This document shows, one piece after another, positions 22,206 through 35,902 of a stretch of 56,453 nucleotides of DNA. Origin of the DNA: Chiloscyllium plagiosum (taxonomy: Eukaryota). The notes under the pieces were generated by a model, which worked only from the letters and a program-made list of their open reading frames with translations, ran no database searches and had not been told where the DNA came from. Location: assembly GCF_004010195.1 (NCBI RefSeq), contig NC_057718.1:71452087-71508539 (forward strand). Direction: 5' to 3'. A program made the position numbers and the translations under genes. Position 1 is the first letter of the stretch, and each line of letters begins with the position of its first letter.

Positions 22206-25200
22206 ATCAGAGAGTAAATTCTTTTTGATTATATATATTTTATTTAGATCTGTCTCTTGATTAAATTTTAAAACATATAACTTAGGTACTCAGTTAGCTT
22301 GGAGCAGTGTTTTTTTTTAAATAGCAATAAGACTGTGCTATTTTCTGGGTCTGTAGGTTGTTAAGGTGCAAAGATGGCCTTTCTCGAGTGATGTGCTCTT
22401 ACTGTCTCATGAGCGAGATTAGGGAGCATTTCCACGTTACTGATTATTATATCTGCAGCAAGAGTTTGGCTATGAATCCTATCAGATCACATGGATTGGT
22501 GGGAGTGGCAGTTTGAGGCAATGTGGAATTTACAGGAGCAAGAAGATGTGATGGATAACAGTTATAAAGGGAGATAAACTGCAGATACAGTCAGGTAGAT
22601 GCATTACCTCCAGGAAAGGTAGGAGAAGGAGACAGGTAGTGCAGGAACCTCCTGTGTGGTTATCCCCATCTCAACAAGTATGCTGTTTTGGAAAATGTAT
22701 GTGGTGATAGACTCTCGGGGGAATGTAGGACAAACAGCCAAGTTTCTGCTATAGAGAGTAATACTAAAGTAATGAAGGATACATCAGGTTCCAAGCGATC
22801 GACTGTGATAGGGGAATCTCTAGTCAAAGGCACAGACAGATTTCTGTGAACAACAGTGAGAAATAAGAACGCTGTGTGTTGCCTCCCCTCCTGCCAGGAT
22901 CAAGGGTATCTGAGAGAGTGCAGAATATTCTCAATGGGGAGAGGGACCAGCAGGAGGTTGTTGTTCCAACGTGTTCAACAATACAGGAAGGGAAAAAGAA
23001 TGAGATTCTGAAGGGAGAATATAGGAAGTTGACAGGATTTTAAAATGGAGGCCAGTGAGGGTGGTAATATGTGGATTACTCCTGGTGCTATAAGCTGGTG
23101 AGGGTAGAAATAGGAGGATAGAGCAGATGAATGTGTGGCTGAGGAGCTGGTCAGGGAAAAGGGTTCACAATTTTGGATCATTCAAATCTCTTCTGAGCTA
23201 TGAGTGACAGATTGCACCCGAATTGGAAAAGGACTAATATACTGCAGCGAGATTTGCTAGAGTGCTTGGGAGGATTTAAACTAGTAAGTTGGCGTTGGGG
23301 TGGGGGCGGTGACAGTGCAGAGAGATAATGAGGAAAGAGACCAGTCTGAGACTGATACAGTTGGGAAAAAAGGAGCAAGTCAAACAGTCAGGGCAGGTAG
23401 GAACAAGACAGAATGAGGTCGGCTGATAAAGTAAACTGCATTTATTTCAATGCAAGATGCCTCACAGAGAAGGCAGATGAACTCAGGGCATGGTTAGGAA
23501 CATGGGACTGGGATATCATAACAATTACAGAAAACGTGGCTCAGGAATGGATAGGATTGGCAGCTTAATGTTCCGGGTATAGATGCTACAGGAAGGATAG
23601 AAATAGACGTAGAACTGAGAAATAAGAAAGGGATGATCACCTTATTGGGATTGTATGAGAGACCCGACCCACCTCCACCACCCACCCACCCGAGTGGTCA
23701 GCAGGAAATTAAGAAATAAATTTGTTGGGAGATCTCAGCTATGTCAGAATAATAGGATTGTTATGGTAGGGGGTTATAACTTTCCAAACATAGACTGGGA
23801 CTGCCAATGTTAAAGGTTTAGATGGAGAGGAATTTGTTAAGTGTGGACAAGAAACTTTTCTGATTTAGTATGTGGATGTACCTGCTAGAGAAGGTGCAAA
23901 ACTTGACCTATTCTTGGGAAATAAGGCAGGGCTGGTGACGGAGATGTCAGTGGTAGAGCACTTTGGGGTAAGCAACCATAATGCTATTAGTTTTAAAATA
24001 GTGATGGATAAGGATAGACAGGATCTAAAAGTTCTAAATTGGAGGAGGGAAAATTTTGATGGTATCAGATAAGAGTTTTGGGACCATTGCTGTTTGCCAT
24101 TTTTATAAATGACTTAGACGTAGGCATAGATGGATGGATTAGTAAATTTGCAGATGTCACTAAAGTTGGTGGAGTAGTGGACAGTGTGGAAGAATGTTAC
24201 AGGTTGCAGGGGGACTTGGATAAACTGCAGAATTGGGCTGAGAGGTGGCAAATGTGAGGTGATGCACATTATGAAGAATAACAGGAAGGCAGAGTACTGG
24301 GTCGACGGAAAGATTCTTTGTCGTGTGGATGTGCAGAGGGATCTTGGAGTCCATGTACATAGATCCCTGAAAGTTGCCACCCAGGTGGATAGTGCTGTTA
24401 AGAAGGCATACGGTGTGTTAGGTTTCATTTGTAGAGGGATTGAGTTCCGGAGCCGCAATACCATGCTAAAACTATACAAATCGCTAGTGCAGCCACACTT
24501 GAAATATCGTGTACAGTTCTGGTCCCCATATTTCGGGAAGGATGTGGAAGCATTGGAAAAGGTGCAGAGGAGATTTACCAGGATGTTGCCTGGTCTAGAG
24601 GGAAGGTCTTATGAGGAAAGGCTGAGAGACTTGGGTCTTTTCTCATTGGAAAGGTGGCGGCTAATGGGGGATTTGATAGAGACACACAAGATGATCAGAG
24701 GATTATATAGGGCAGACAGTGAACGTATTTTTTCTAGGATGATGATGTCAGCTTGTACGAGGGGGCATAACTACAAATTGAGGGGTGATCGATTTAAGAC
24801 AGATGTCAGAGGCAGGCTCTTTACGCAGAGAGAGTGTGGTAAGGGCATAGAATGCTCTACCTGCTAATGTAGTCAACTCAGCCTCCCTAGGGAGATTTAA
24901 ACAATCCTTAGATAAACACATGGATCATTTTGGGATAGTGTAGGGGGACAAGCTGAAGATAGTCCACATGTCGGCACAACATCAAGCGCCAAAGGGCCTG
25001 TTCTGCGCTATATTGTTCTATGTAACTTTCAAAAGTTGACTAGGGTCAGATGTTCACAGGTAAAGGGACGGCTGGAAAATGGGAAGCCTTCAAAAATGAG
25101 ATAACAGGAGTCCACAGGCAGAATATTCTTGTTAGGATGAAAGGCAAGGCTGGCAAACGTGGGGAATGCTGAATGACTAGAGAACTTGAGACATTGATCA

Positions 25201-26990
25201 ACAACAAAATATGTCAGGCAGACAGCAGAGATCGAGTGAATCATTAGAAACATATAAAGACAGTAGGAGTACACAAGAGGAGGGTCAGGAGGGCAAAAAT
25301 GGGACAACAGATAGCTTTGGCAAATAGGGTTAAGGAGAATCCCAAGACAAAAGAGTAATAGTGATAGAATAGGGCTCCTCAAAGATCAGCAAGGCTTCAT
25401 TTTACCATGGAAAAGTACATAGAAGATATGGAATGTGGGGAAATAGAAGGTGACACCTTGAAAAATGTCCATATTACAGAGGAGCAAGTGCTGGATGTCT
25501 TGAAATGCATAAAATAATCCCCAGGACCAGATCAGGACTAGAGCTCTATGGGAAGCGATTGCTGGCCTCTTGCTGAGAGATGTGAGTCATCAATAGTCAC
25601 AGCTGAAGTGCCGGAAAACTGTAGATTGGCTAACGTGGTGCGACTATTTAAGAAAGGTGGTAAGGACAAGCCAGGGAACTATAGATGGTTCAGCCAGACA
25701 TCAGTGATAGGCAAATTAGTGGAGGGAATGACGAGGAACAGGATTTGTGTGTATCTGGAAAGGCAAGGACCGATTAGGGATAGTCGACATGGCTTTGTGC
25801 GTGGGAAATCATACCTCACAAACTTGATTGACTTTTTTGAATTTACAAAGAGGATTGATGAGGGCAGGTTGTGATCTATATGTAAGGCGTTCTACAAGGT
25901 TCCTCATGGTAGACTAAGGAGCAAGATTTGATCACATGGAACACTAAGAACTAGCCCTCTGGATACAGAAATGGCTCGAAGGTAGAAGACAGAGGGTGGT
26001 GGTGGTGGAGGGTTGCATTTCAGATTGGAGGCCTGTGATCAGTAGTGTGCCGTAAACTTCGTTGCTGGATCCACTGATTTGGATGCAAACATGGGAAGTA
26101 AGTTTGCAGATGATGCCAAAATTGGAGGTGTAGTGGACAGAGAAGAAAGGTTAACTCAGGATCTTGATCAGATGGGCTGAGGAGTGGCAGATGCAGTTTA
26201 ATTTAGATAATGAGAGGGGCTGCATTTTGGAAAGCTAAGTCAGGACTTATACACTTAATGGTAAGGTCCTGGAGAGTGTTACTGAACAAAGATCTTGGAG
26301 TGCAGGTTCATAGTTCCTTGAAAGTGGAGTCACAGGTGGATAGTACAGTAAAGAAGGTGTTTGCAATGTTTTCCTTTATTGGTCACAGTATTGAGTATAG
26401 GAGTTGGGAGGTCATGTTGCAGCTGTACAGGACATTGGTTAGGCTACTGCTGGAATATTGTGTGCCATTCTGGTGTTCCTCCTATAGGAAGGATGTTGTG
26501 AAACATGAAAGGGTTCAGAAATGATTAGCAAGGATGTTGCCAGGTTTGGAGTGTTTCAGCTATAGTGAAAGGCTGAATAGGCTGGGACTGTTTTCCCTGG
26601 AGCGTTGGAGGCTGAGAGTTATACACAGAGGTTTATAAAATCATGAGGCGCATAGATAGGGTAAATAGACAATGTCTTTTCCCTTGGGTAGGGGAGTCCA
26701 GAACTAGAGGGATTAGGTTTAGGGTGAGAGAAAAGATCTAAAAGGGACCTAAGGGGGCGACTTTTTCACACAAAGAGTGGTGAGTGAATGGAATGAGCTC
26801 TCAGAGAAAGTGATGGAGGCTGGTACAATTACAACATTTGAAAGGCATCTGGATGGTTAAAGGAATAGCAAGGGTTTACAATGATATGGGCCAACAGATA
26901 GCAAGTGGGACTAGAGTAATTTAGGATATCTGGCTGGCATGGACAAGTAGGATTGAAGGGTCTGTTTCCATGCCATACATCTCTAGACTA
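22206..26990 (+). mobile_element. Near full-length decayed CR1 (part of 5'UTR, ORF1, ORF2, tail) with a nested CR1
   Basis: ORF1 start atggcc at about 22374, endonuclease CIYFNAR at about 23435, RT 25548-26524, tail at about 26990. Confidence 0.9.
24075..25023 (+). mobile_element. 5'-truncated CR1 of another subfamily nested in the host CR1
   Basis: Host sequence ggtatcagataaga|...|aactttcaaaagttg resumes after a ttctatg tail. ORF 24184-24867 is an RT C-terminus. Confidence 0.88.
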
Positions 26991-27062
26991 AGTGTGATTT
27001 CCCTTTCATAAATCAGTTATTAAATCTTTTAATGTCATAGTCAAATGCTGCCTTTATGTTAA

Positions 27063-27203
27063 GATTAGATTACATTACAGTGTGGAAACAGGCCCTTCGG
27101 CCCAACAAGTCCACACCGACCCGCCGAAGCGAACCCACCCATACCCCTACATTTACCCCTTACCTAACACTACGGGCAATTTAGCATGGCCAATTCACCT
27201 GAC
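27063..27203 (-). mobile_element. 5'-truncated HE1 SINE
   Basis: Near identical to 35596-35733. Confidence 0.9.
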
Positions 27204-27525
27204 CCTTAAGGAAATCACTCATTTCACCTTTTGTCCATGTTCAGACGAAATCCCCAATGAGATTAGAAGCTGAATGGCCCTGGAAGAACCCAAGTGGATC
27301 ACTTCTGTCACTTTCTGATTATCATGAGCAGGCTGCTGGAACAATAATTGGTCTAGTTGGACTTGTTCTGTATTTTGTGGACAGGATGTACATGCATTGG
27401 AGAGGTACTAGAACTGCTTGACTTAAGGCACAGCTAATTTTGCCACTAGCTAGAAGTCAGTTCTCAGACAAATTGCTCTATGATTATGGATGCAATATAT
27501 TTCATGAGCTATTTTAAGTGGTCAA

Positions 27526-27741
27526 GTTGTATGTGTATGGAATGAGCTGCCAGAGGAAGTGGTGGAAGCTGGTACAATTGCAACATTTAAAATGCATTCA
27601 GATGGGTATATGAATAGAAAGGGTTTGGAGGGATATGGGCAGGGTGCTGGCAGGTGGGACTAGATTGGGTTGGGATATCTGGTCAGCACGGACGGGTTGG
27701 ACCGAAGGGTCTGTTTCCATGCTGTACATCTCTATGACTCT
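27526..27741 (+). mobile_element. CR1 3' end fragment
   Basis: Near identical to 1470-1682. Confidence 0.9.
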
Positions 27742-28103
27742 AAATGAGATTGTTTTCAATTGGCATGTTTTGTTAACTCCACTACTTAACTCTAGCCACT
27801 TAAACCTATTAAAAATCTTTATCAATAAAACCAGAAGTGCAGATGCTGTAAAAATCAGAAACAAAAAACAGAAATTGCTGGAAAAGCTCAGCATGTCTGG
27901 TAGTATCTGCAAGCTGGAAGTACAGAACTGCAGCGAGACGCTCAGAACCGAACACAACACTCCAATGCAGCCCAAAATAATGTATTATAACCTATTTACT
28001 TTTGTACTCCATATTGCTATATAAAAGTTCATGCACCTTTGGAGCCACTCTGCTGCCCTCATGATTTGAGCAAGTATCTCTGCTGAACTTTCAGCTCAAG
28101 TTT

Positions 28104-30935
28104 CAGGGACGCAAGATGGCACTGGCAAGCAAGAAATTGTTTTGAAGTGTGTCTACTTCAACGCCAGGAGCATTCGGAATAAGGTGGGTGAATTTGCAGC
28201 ATGGGTTGATATGTGGAACTTCGATGTTGTGGCCATTTCAGAGACATGGATAGAGCAGGAACAAGAATGGTTGTTGCAGTTTCCAGGAATTACATGTTTC
28301 AGTAAGAACAGAGAAGATGGTAAAAGAGGGGGAGGTGTGGCATTGTTGGTCAAGGACAGTATTACAGTTGCAGAAAGGATGTTTGGGGACTCGTCAACGG
28401 AGGTAGTATGGGCTGAGGTTAGAAACAGGAAAGGAGAGGTCACCCTGTTGGGAGTTTTCCAAAGGCCTCCGAATAGTTCCAGAGATGTAGAGGAAAGGAT
28501 AGTAAAGATGATTCTCGATAGGAGTGAGACAGACAGGGTAGTTGTCATGGGGGACTTCAACTATCCAAATATTGACTGGGATCACTACAGTAAGAGTACT
28601 ATAGATGGGTCAGTTTTTGTCCAGTGTATGCAGGAGGGCTCCCTGACACAGTGTGTAGACAGGCCAACTCGCATTAGATTTGGTACTGGGTAATGAGCCC
28701 AGCCAGGTGTTAGACTTGGAAGTAGGTGAGCACTTTGGTGATAGCGATCACAATTCTGTTATGTTTACTTTAGTGATAGAAAGGGATAGGTGTGTACCAC
28801 TGGGCAAGAGTTACAACTGAGGGAAAGGCAATTACGATGCGATTAGGCAAGATTTAGGAAGCATAGGATGGGGAAGGTAACTGCAAGGGATGGGCATATT
28901 AGAAATATAGAGCTTATTCAAAGAAAAGCTCCTGAGTGTCCTAGATACGTATGTACCTGTCAGGCAGGGAGGAAGCTGTAGAGCACGGGAGCTGTGGTTT
29001 ACGAAGAAAGTGGAATCTTTCGTCAAGAGGAAGCCGGCGGCTTATCTTAGGATGAGGTGTGAAGGCTCAGTTAGGGTGCTTGAGGGTTACAAGGTAGCCA
29101 GGAAAGACCTAAAAGAGAGAGCTCAGAAGAGCCAGGAGGAGACATGAGAAGTTTTTGGAGGACAGGATCAGGGTAAACCCTAAGGCTTTCTATAGGTATT
29201 CAAGGAATAAAAGAATGACAAGAGTAAGATAAGGGCCAATCAAGGATAGTAGTGGGAAGTTGTGTGTGGAGTCAAAGGAGATAGGGGAAGCACTAGATGA
29301 ATATTTTTCAACAGTATTCAGTCTAGAAAATGACAATGTTGTCGAGGAGATTACTGAGATACAGGCTACTAGACTAGGTGTGATTGAGGTTCACAAAGAA
29401 GAGGTATTAGAAATCCTGCAGAGTGTGAAAATAGATAAGTCCCCTGGGCCGGATGGGATTTATCCTAGGGTTCTCTGGGAAGCCAGGGAGGAGATTGCCG
29501 AGCCTTTGGCATTGATCTTTCAATCGTCTTTATCTACAGGAATAGTGCCAGAAGACTGGAGGATAGCAAACGTGGTTCCCTGTTCAAGAAGGGGAGTAGA
29601 GACAGCCTTACTTCAGTTGTTGGTAAAGTATTGGAAAAGGTTATAAAAGAGATAGGATTTATAATCATCTAGAAAATAATAATTTGATTAGGGATAGTCA
29701 GCACAGTTTTGTGAAGGATAGGTCGTGCCTCACAAACCTTATTGAGTTCTTCGAGAAGGTGACCAAACAGATAGATGAGTGTAAACCGGTTGATGTAGTG
29801 TATATGGATTTTAGCAAGGCGTTTGATAAGGTTCCTCACCGTAGACTATTGTACAAAATGCAGAGGAATGGTATTGTGGGAGATATAGCAGTTTGAATCA
29901 GTAATTGGCTTGCTGAAAGAAGACAGAGGGTGGTGGTTGATGGGAAATGTTCATCCTGGAGTCCAGTTACCAGGGGTGTATCGCAAGGGTCGGTGTTGGG
30001 TCCACTGCATTTTTATAAACGACCTGGATGAGGGCGTAGAAGGGTGGGTTAGTAAATTTGCAGATGACACTAAGGTCAGTGGAGTTGCGGATAGTAACGA
30101 ATGATGTTGTAGGTTACAGAGAGATATAGGTAAGCTGCAGAGCTGGGCTGAGAGGTGGCAAATGGAATTTAATTCGGATAAGTGTGAGGTGATTCACTTT
30201 GGTCAGAGTAACCGGAATGCAAAGTACTGGGCTAATGGTAAGATTCTTGGTAGTGTAGATGAGCAGAGAGATCTCGGTGTCCAGGTACACAGATCCTTGA
30301 AAGTTGCCACCCAGGTTGACAGGGTTGTTAAGAAGGCTTTAGCTTTTATTAATAGAGGGATCAAGTTCCGGAACCATGATCCCTGCTGCAGCTGTACAAA
30401 ACTCTGGTGTGGCCGCACTTGGGAGTATTGTGTACAGTTCTGGTCACCGCATTATAAGAAGGATGTGGAAGCTTTGGAAAGGGTGCAGAGGAGATTTACT
30501 AGGATGTTGCCTGGTATGGAGGGAAGGTCTTATGGAGGAAAGGCTGAGGGACTCCAGGCTGTTTTCGTTGGAGAGAAGTTTGAGAGGTGACTTAATAGAG
30601 ACATATAAGATAATCAGAGGGTTGGATAGGGTGGACAGGGAGAGCCTTTTTCCAAGAATGGTGACAGCGAGCACAAGGGGACATAGCTTTAAATTGAGGG
30701 GTGATAGATATAGGACAGATGTCAGAGGTAGTTTCTTTACTCAGAGTAGTAAGGGTATGGAATGCTTTGCCTGCAACGGTAATAGATTCACCAACTTGAA
30801 GTACATTTAAGTCGTCATTGAACAAGCATATGGACGTACATGGAGTAGTGTAGTTTAGATGGGCTTCAGATTGGTATGACAGGTCGGCGCAACCTCGAGC
30901 GCTGAAGGACCTGTACTGCGCTGTAATGTTCTATG
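28104..30935 (+). mobile_element. CR1 ORF2 (EN + RT), frameshifted, with 3' tail
   Basis: KCVYFNARSIRNK, ISETW, GDFNYPNIDW, KSPGPDG and KFADDTK. Tail tgtaatgttctatg. Confidence 0.95.
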
Positions 30936-31592
30936 AACTTCCTCAACTAATCCATACTTTTCTAAAAAGTGTTGCAGTGTAATATGTGTAATTCTCCATT
31001 CCTCTCGCATCACCTCCAAACAACTGGTATCAACCCCGTATCAAAGAAGGATTAGAAGATTAATGTTACTGTCGCTACAATCGCCACCTTTGCTTCCCTC
31101 AGCATCCTATCTGACCCTCAGCATCCTATCAACTTTAAATAGTCAATCTTTCTCATTTCTTTTAAACCATCCAGTCCCACATCGTTTTCATTATGATTTT
31201 GGCAGAAGTTTCATCCTTGGTAAAAACAGATTCAAAGTACTCATTCAATACCTTAAATGAATGCTTACGTCTCAATTTTAGTCCCTGGTGGCACCCCCCT
31301 CCCCCTCTTCTTTTCAGATATCCTTCTGTTTATCTGTACACAAACAAGAACATTTATGGTCTTTGTTTTGGATTACCTTAATGCACAAGACGTTTTACAG
31401 CAAAAAAAATGTTTTAATGCCCAAAAATATATAATGCAACCATAACCAACACAGAATTTAGCAGGGTACAGCAGTCTTCTATTGATTCCAAATTGTATTT
31501 CATACAGGTAAAATTTCAAATTAACATTTTTGCTGTATTTGATAGATTTGAACAAAAAAAATTTCAGATCAAATTACATACTTCAAACTCAC

Positions 31593-31709
31593 CTGCAGGT
31601 TCTCCTCCACCATTAGGAGACAGATTTGTCCAGAAAATTGAGTGATTAATATGACCTCCACCATTAAATCGCAGTGCTGGTTGCAGAGCCACTTGAGTTG
31701 TCACATCAC
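31593..31709 (-). CDS. SOD2: SOD2 exon 3
   Basis: ttcag|GT GAT GTG...CCT GCA G|gtgag: (G)[38 protein letters not shown](G), 117 bp. The GGGH motif is MnSOD-type. Absent from the ORF track. Confidence 0.97.
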
Positions 31710-32439
31710 CTGAAATACATGCAATAGATTTTTGCTGTTTTGCAGAAGTTGTTCAACATTTGGAAATATATTTAAGTACAAGGACAATCTTTTCACTATA
31801 GTATTTAAATTTTCTTTTGCTCAAACCTGCAATTCTTTCTGGCACATTCAAAAGCTGGTGTGTACATTCAGTGATGTCACTGTTCCTATAAACTCTTTAA
31901 AATAAGATCTTCTATTTATATAATTCCCTATTCTTCCTACAAGGAAGGTAAAATTTCATTTGCCCATTTTGTTTAACTGTCTTATTATTTTCCTGCTTAC
32001 CTTTTTGTGTTTGTGTTGCGCAGTGTGCAGAATTAAAAATTATGCCCTGCATTGCCAGACCCAAATCATTAATATATGTTCAAAACAGAAGCGATCCCAA
32101 CTCTATGACACATTACATATTCATCCATTCTGTAAAACCACCAGTTGCCATTACTCTGCTTTATCGCTCTCAGCCAATTCATATCCATGGAGATTCTGCA
32201 TATTGATTATACAAGTTCCAATTTTGCTAATACATCTATACATGGTCATTCTTCAAACCTTTCCTGAAGTCTACATTTTTCTACATACAATATTCATCAG
32301 TCCTCCCCATTCCTACAAAGTAGTTAAACAACATTCACTATTAACAAATCCCTGCGGACTTTCACTAATGCATAATTTACTAGTCGCTGATTTATTTTAT
32401 CATGGACTAAAACCTTAAAAGTTTGCTCACTAATTACAT

Positions 32440-34035
32440 TTTAACCTTGTGCAGGCGACCAATCTCCTGCACATCTGTCCTCTCTTCCCTCCCACAATAG
32501 GAATAGAGTTTCCTTTGTCTTTACCTTCCATTCCAATAGCATCCGCCCCAGAAGAACAACCACCATCATTTCCGCCACCTCCAGACACATTCTCTTCCCT
32601 TTCCTTGTCCGCCTTCCGCAGGGACTGTTCCCTCCAGGACACCCTGGTTCACTCTTCTTTGTCTCCTAACATCCCCTCCACAGCCCGTCACTTTCCCCTG
32701 CAACTAAAGGTATAACACCTACCCAGTTATCTCCTCAGTTTCCAATGGCCCAAACAGACCTTCCAGGTGAAGCATGACTTTACCTGCACTTCTCACAATT
32801 GAATCTACTACATTCACTGCTCACAATGTGGTCTTCTGTACACTGGGGAAAACAAAGTGTAGACTGGGTGACCGCTTCACAATACGTCTACATTCTGCCA
32901 GCAAAAATAAAGACCCTGAGCTTCCAGTGGCCTGCCACTTTAACACACCATGTTGTTCCCTAGCTGAGATATTAAAGAGTTAATTTGTTCTGCTGACCTG
33001 CAAGAAATTGGATATCCAAAAGGCAGGGTGTTATGTTTCTCTGTCTTGCAGGTATTGCTGTCACTTATTATTCAGAGTACAAAATTTACATTGCCATCTC
33101 CTATCATTCAGAAGCCAATTTACATTGTCATCTCCCGCTATTCAGAATCAAAAAGAACATTACAGTTAGAGTTTTGACTACTCCCGATTTGCAACAGATT
33201 TGACCATTAAGGGATGATTGTTTCTGGAGATGGTCAGGTCACTGCATTGTGTCTGGAGTAACAAGCGATTGTGAGGGGGGGGGGGGGGGGTTGTGGCTGA
33301 GTGTTGGCTTGTAGGCATTACTAACTAATATAAAGACTTTGTATAAAGGAAGGACTGTTTCCTTTGATCAGAGAGAGCTTTGATAACTCCACAAGCCCTG
33401 TGGTGTGTGTTAGATGTTCCTTCAGAAAGTTTGTACCGTACAGTGCTTAATAAAATTTTGCTTATTCACAGAAGTTGACTTGTTGCAGTTGCATCAAACA
33501 TGTTAGAATCTCAGGAAAAATAACTTAACATAGCCAACACCTATCTCGGGCTTGCTGCAGTGCTCCAGCAAAACTCAGCACAAGCTGGAACACTTTCTAC
33601 TTGGGGACCCAGTAGCCCTCCAGATTCTATATAGAGTTCAATAATTTTTGGGCCTAAATTCCCCCATGTCCTAGCCACAACCCCGCCCCACCACCCTCTT
33701 CACACACACCAGGCCTTGTTATCACAAGTCTGCTACTAGTACACACTACCTAGTAGCTCCAAACTAGTAGCTGTTAATAGCTATTACTCTCCCAGCCAGA
33801 TCAGTACAGGCTCCTTTGTCTGTCCAACTGTTCTTTTCTTTGGGCTCTAGCCCTTCCTAACATTTACTCCTTACCCTCTTCCCTCACCTTATCCTCTGCA
33901 TATAAACCAACATGTTCCTAGCCACTATCAGTTCTAAGGATGGGTCATCGTACCCAAAACATTAACTTTGATTTCTCTTCATAGATGCTGCCAGACCTGA
34001 ACCTCTCCAGCAACTTCTGTTTTTGTTTCTGATTT
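32440..34035 (+). mobile_element. Penelope-like element 3' part (GIY-YIG endonuclease remnant and pLTR) containing a solo LTR
   Basis: IHCSQCGLLYTG / TKCRLGDRF...LPVACHFN. pLTR-like end ...gatgctgccagacctg...ccagcaacttctgtttttg. Confidence 0.8.
32965..33530 (+). mobile_element. ERV solo LTR (family B), 566 bp
   Basis: TG...CA ends, perfect 4-bp TSD TAGC (32961-32964 / 33531-33534), AATAAA near 33449. Both ends resemble the LTR at 50950-51490. Confidence 0.9.
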
Positions 34036-34082
34036 TCAGCTTTTGTACATTTTATTAAAATTGTTTATTAACACAGTTATCG

Positions 34083-34590
34083 GAAGAATGTTGTGAAACT
34101 TGATAGGATTCAGAAAAGATTTACAAGGATGTTGCCTGGCTTGGAGGTTTTGAGTTATAGGGAAAGGCTGAATCGGCTGGGACCGTTTTCTCTGAAGTGT
34201 TGGAGGCTGAGGGGTGACCTTATTGAGGTTTATAAAATCATGAGGGGCATGGATTGGAAAAATAGACAAAAGTCTTTTCCCTGGGGTGGGGGAATGCAGA
34301 ACTAGAGGGCATAAAGTTTAGGGTGAGAAGGGAAAGATATAAAAGGGACCTAAGGGGCAACATTTTCACAAAGAGGATGGTGCATGTAAGGAATAAGCTG
34401 CCAGAGGAAGTGGTGGAGGCTGGTACGATTGCAGCATTTAAGAGCATCTGGATGGGTATATGAACATGAAGGGTTTAAGAGGGATATGGGCCAAGTGCTG
34501 GCAAAGGGGACTAGATTAGATTAGGATATCTGGTCTGCATGGAAGAATTAGACCGAAGGGTCTGTTTCTGTGCTGCACATCTATGACTAT
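34083..34590 (+). mobile_element. CR1 3' fragment
   Basis: IQKRFTRMLPGL...RGDLIEVYKIMRG and tail. Confidence 0.92.
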
Positions 34591-35595
34591 GCAGTTCACA
34601 GAATCACAATTGTTGTACTCATATGGAGAGGACTAACCTATCGTGTAGGTGTCAGTGCTCCATGGTAGCAATTTACCTAGCATCATCTCGCACTTTCTCT
34701 CTGTAGCCCTGCAGACTCTCTGAAGATGATAATCCAATTTTCTCTTGAATGCTACAACTAAACCCTTTTCCAAACTCCAGACAGCGCATTCCAGAACATA
34801 ACCACTTACTGTGGTAAATGTTTTTTGCCACGTTATTGTATTTATTGTGCCAATTGCTCAAATAGGTGTCCTCTTATCCTTCCACCAATAGGAACATGTA
34901 TTCCCTTTGTAGCCTATCCAGACTGCATTTGTACTCCATGACCCTATTAACAAACAGGAGGTGCTGTTTTATTAACCATTCTCTTAACTAGTCAATGATT
35001 TATCTTCAATGATTTCTGTACATTTGTAAAGAAATCCTTTCCAACTGTAGCAGGGAAGACAGATTCTCATAAACATACATTCAGTCCAAGAGTTGTTGGG
35101 TAGTAATATTCAATTCAGCTCTACATTTTGGGCGGTGCTTGTTACAACAATTTCAACAGGCCACTCAGGACAACGGGGCTGTCACTGAAGAGCAGTCTTG
35201 GGAACACAAGTATTGGAGAAAAAGGACAGATACATATTAATTGCACAGTAGGGCTGCTAATTTTTAAGAAGGCAGCTGAAGAGTCAAAAGCAATCAGATG
35301 GGCTGTGTTTTTAGAATAAACTCAGGACAAAGTTCTCAGGAGCTATGAACTGGGAAAGGTCAGCAGCTGCATGGGGATGGGGGTGGGGGAAAAGAGTTGA
35401 AGGGGCTTGGAAGCTAGCCAGCATTAATGTTCAAATGCAGCTGTGACAAAGGAATTTGAAAAGCTACAAGTAGTATTTTAGGTTAGGTGAAGCGAGCAGC
35501 CAGTGAAAAGTTGGAGTTGTGCTTATGGAGTATTATTTTCAGAGTCCAGAGAAGGAAACAGGCTAATCTCGTTCTATTTGCCAGCATGTGGCCTA

Positions 35596-35902
35596 TAGAT
35601 TACATTACATTACAGTGTGGAAACAGGCCCTTCGGCCCAACAAGTCCACACCGACCCGCCGAAGCGCAACCCACCCATACCCCTACATTTACCCCTTACT
35701 ACGGGCAAATTTAGCATGGCCAATTCACCTGACCTGCACATCTTTTGGACTGTGGGAGGAAACCGGAGCACCCGGAGGAAACCCACGCAGACACGGGGAG
35801 AGCGTGCAAACTCCACACAGTCAGTCGCCTGAGGCGGGAATTGAACCCGGGTCTCTGGGGCTGTGAGGCAGCAGTGCTAACCCACTGTGCCACCATGCCG
35901 CC
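35596..35902 (-). mobile_element. Young full-length HE1 SINE
   Basis: Intact head with CpGs retained, V-domain and tail. Inserted in a CR1 tail with short cctata-like repeats on both sides. Confidence 0.95.

Noticed and set aside
31096..31130. 16-bp direct repeat ccctcagcatcctatc
   Set aside because: Simple local duplication with no other structure.
31960..32418. 152-aa plus-strand ORF
   Set aside because: No recognisable domain; looks like the antisense of very old LINE sequence in an intron.
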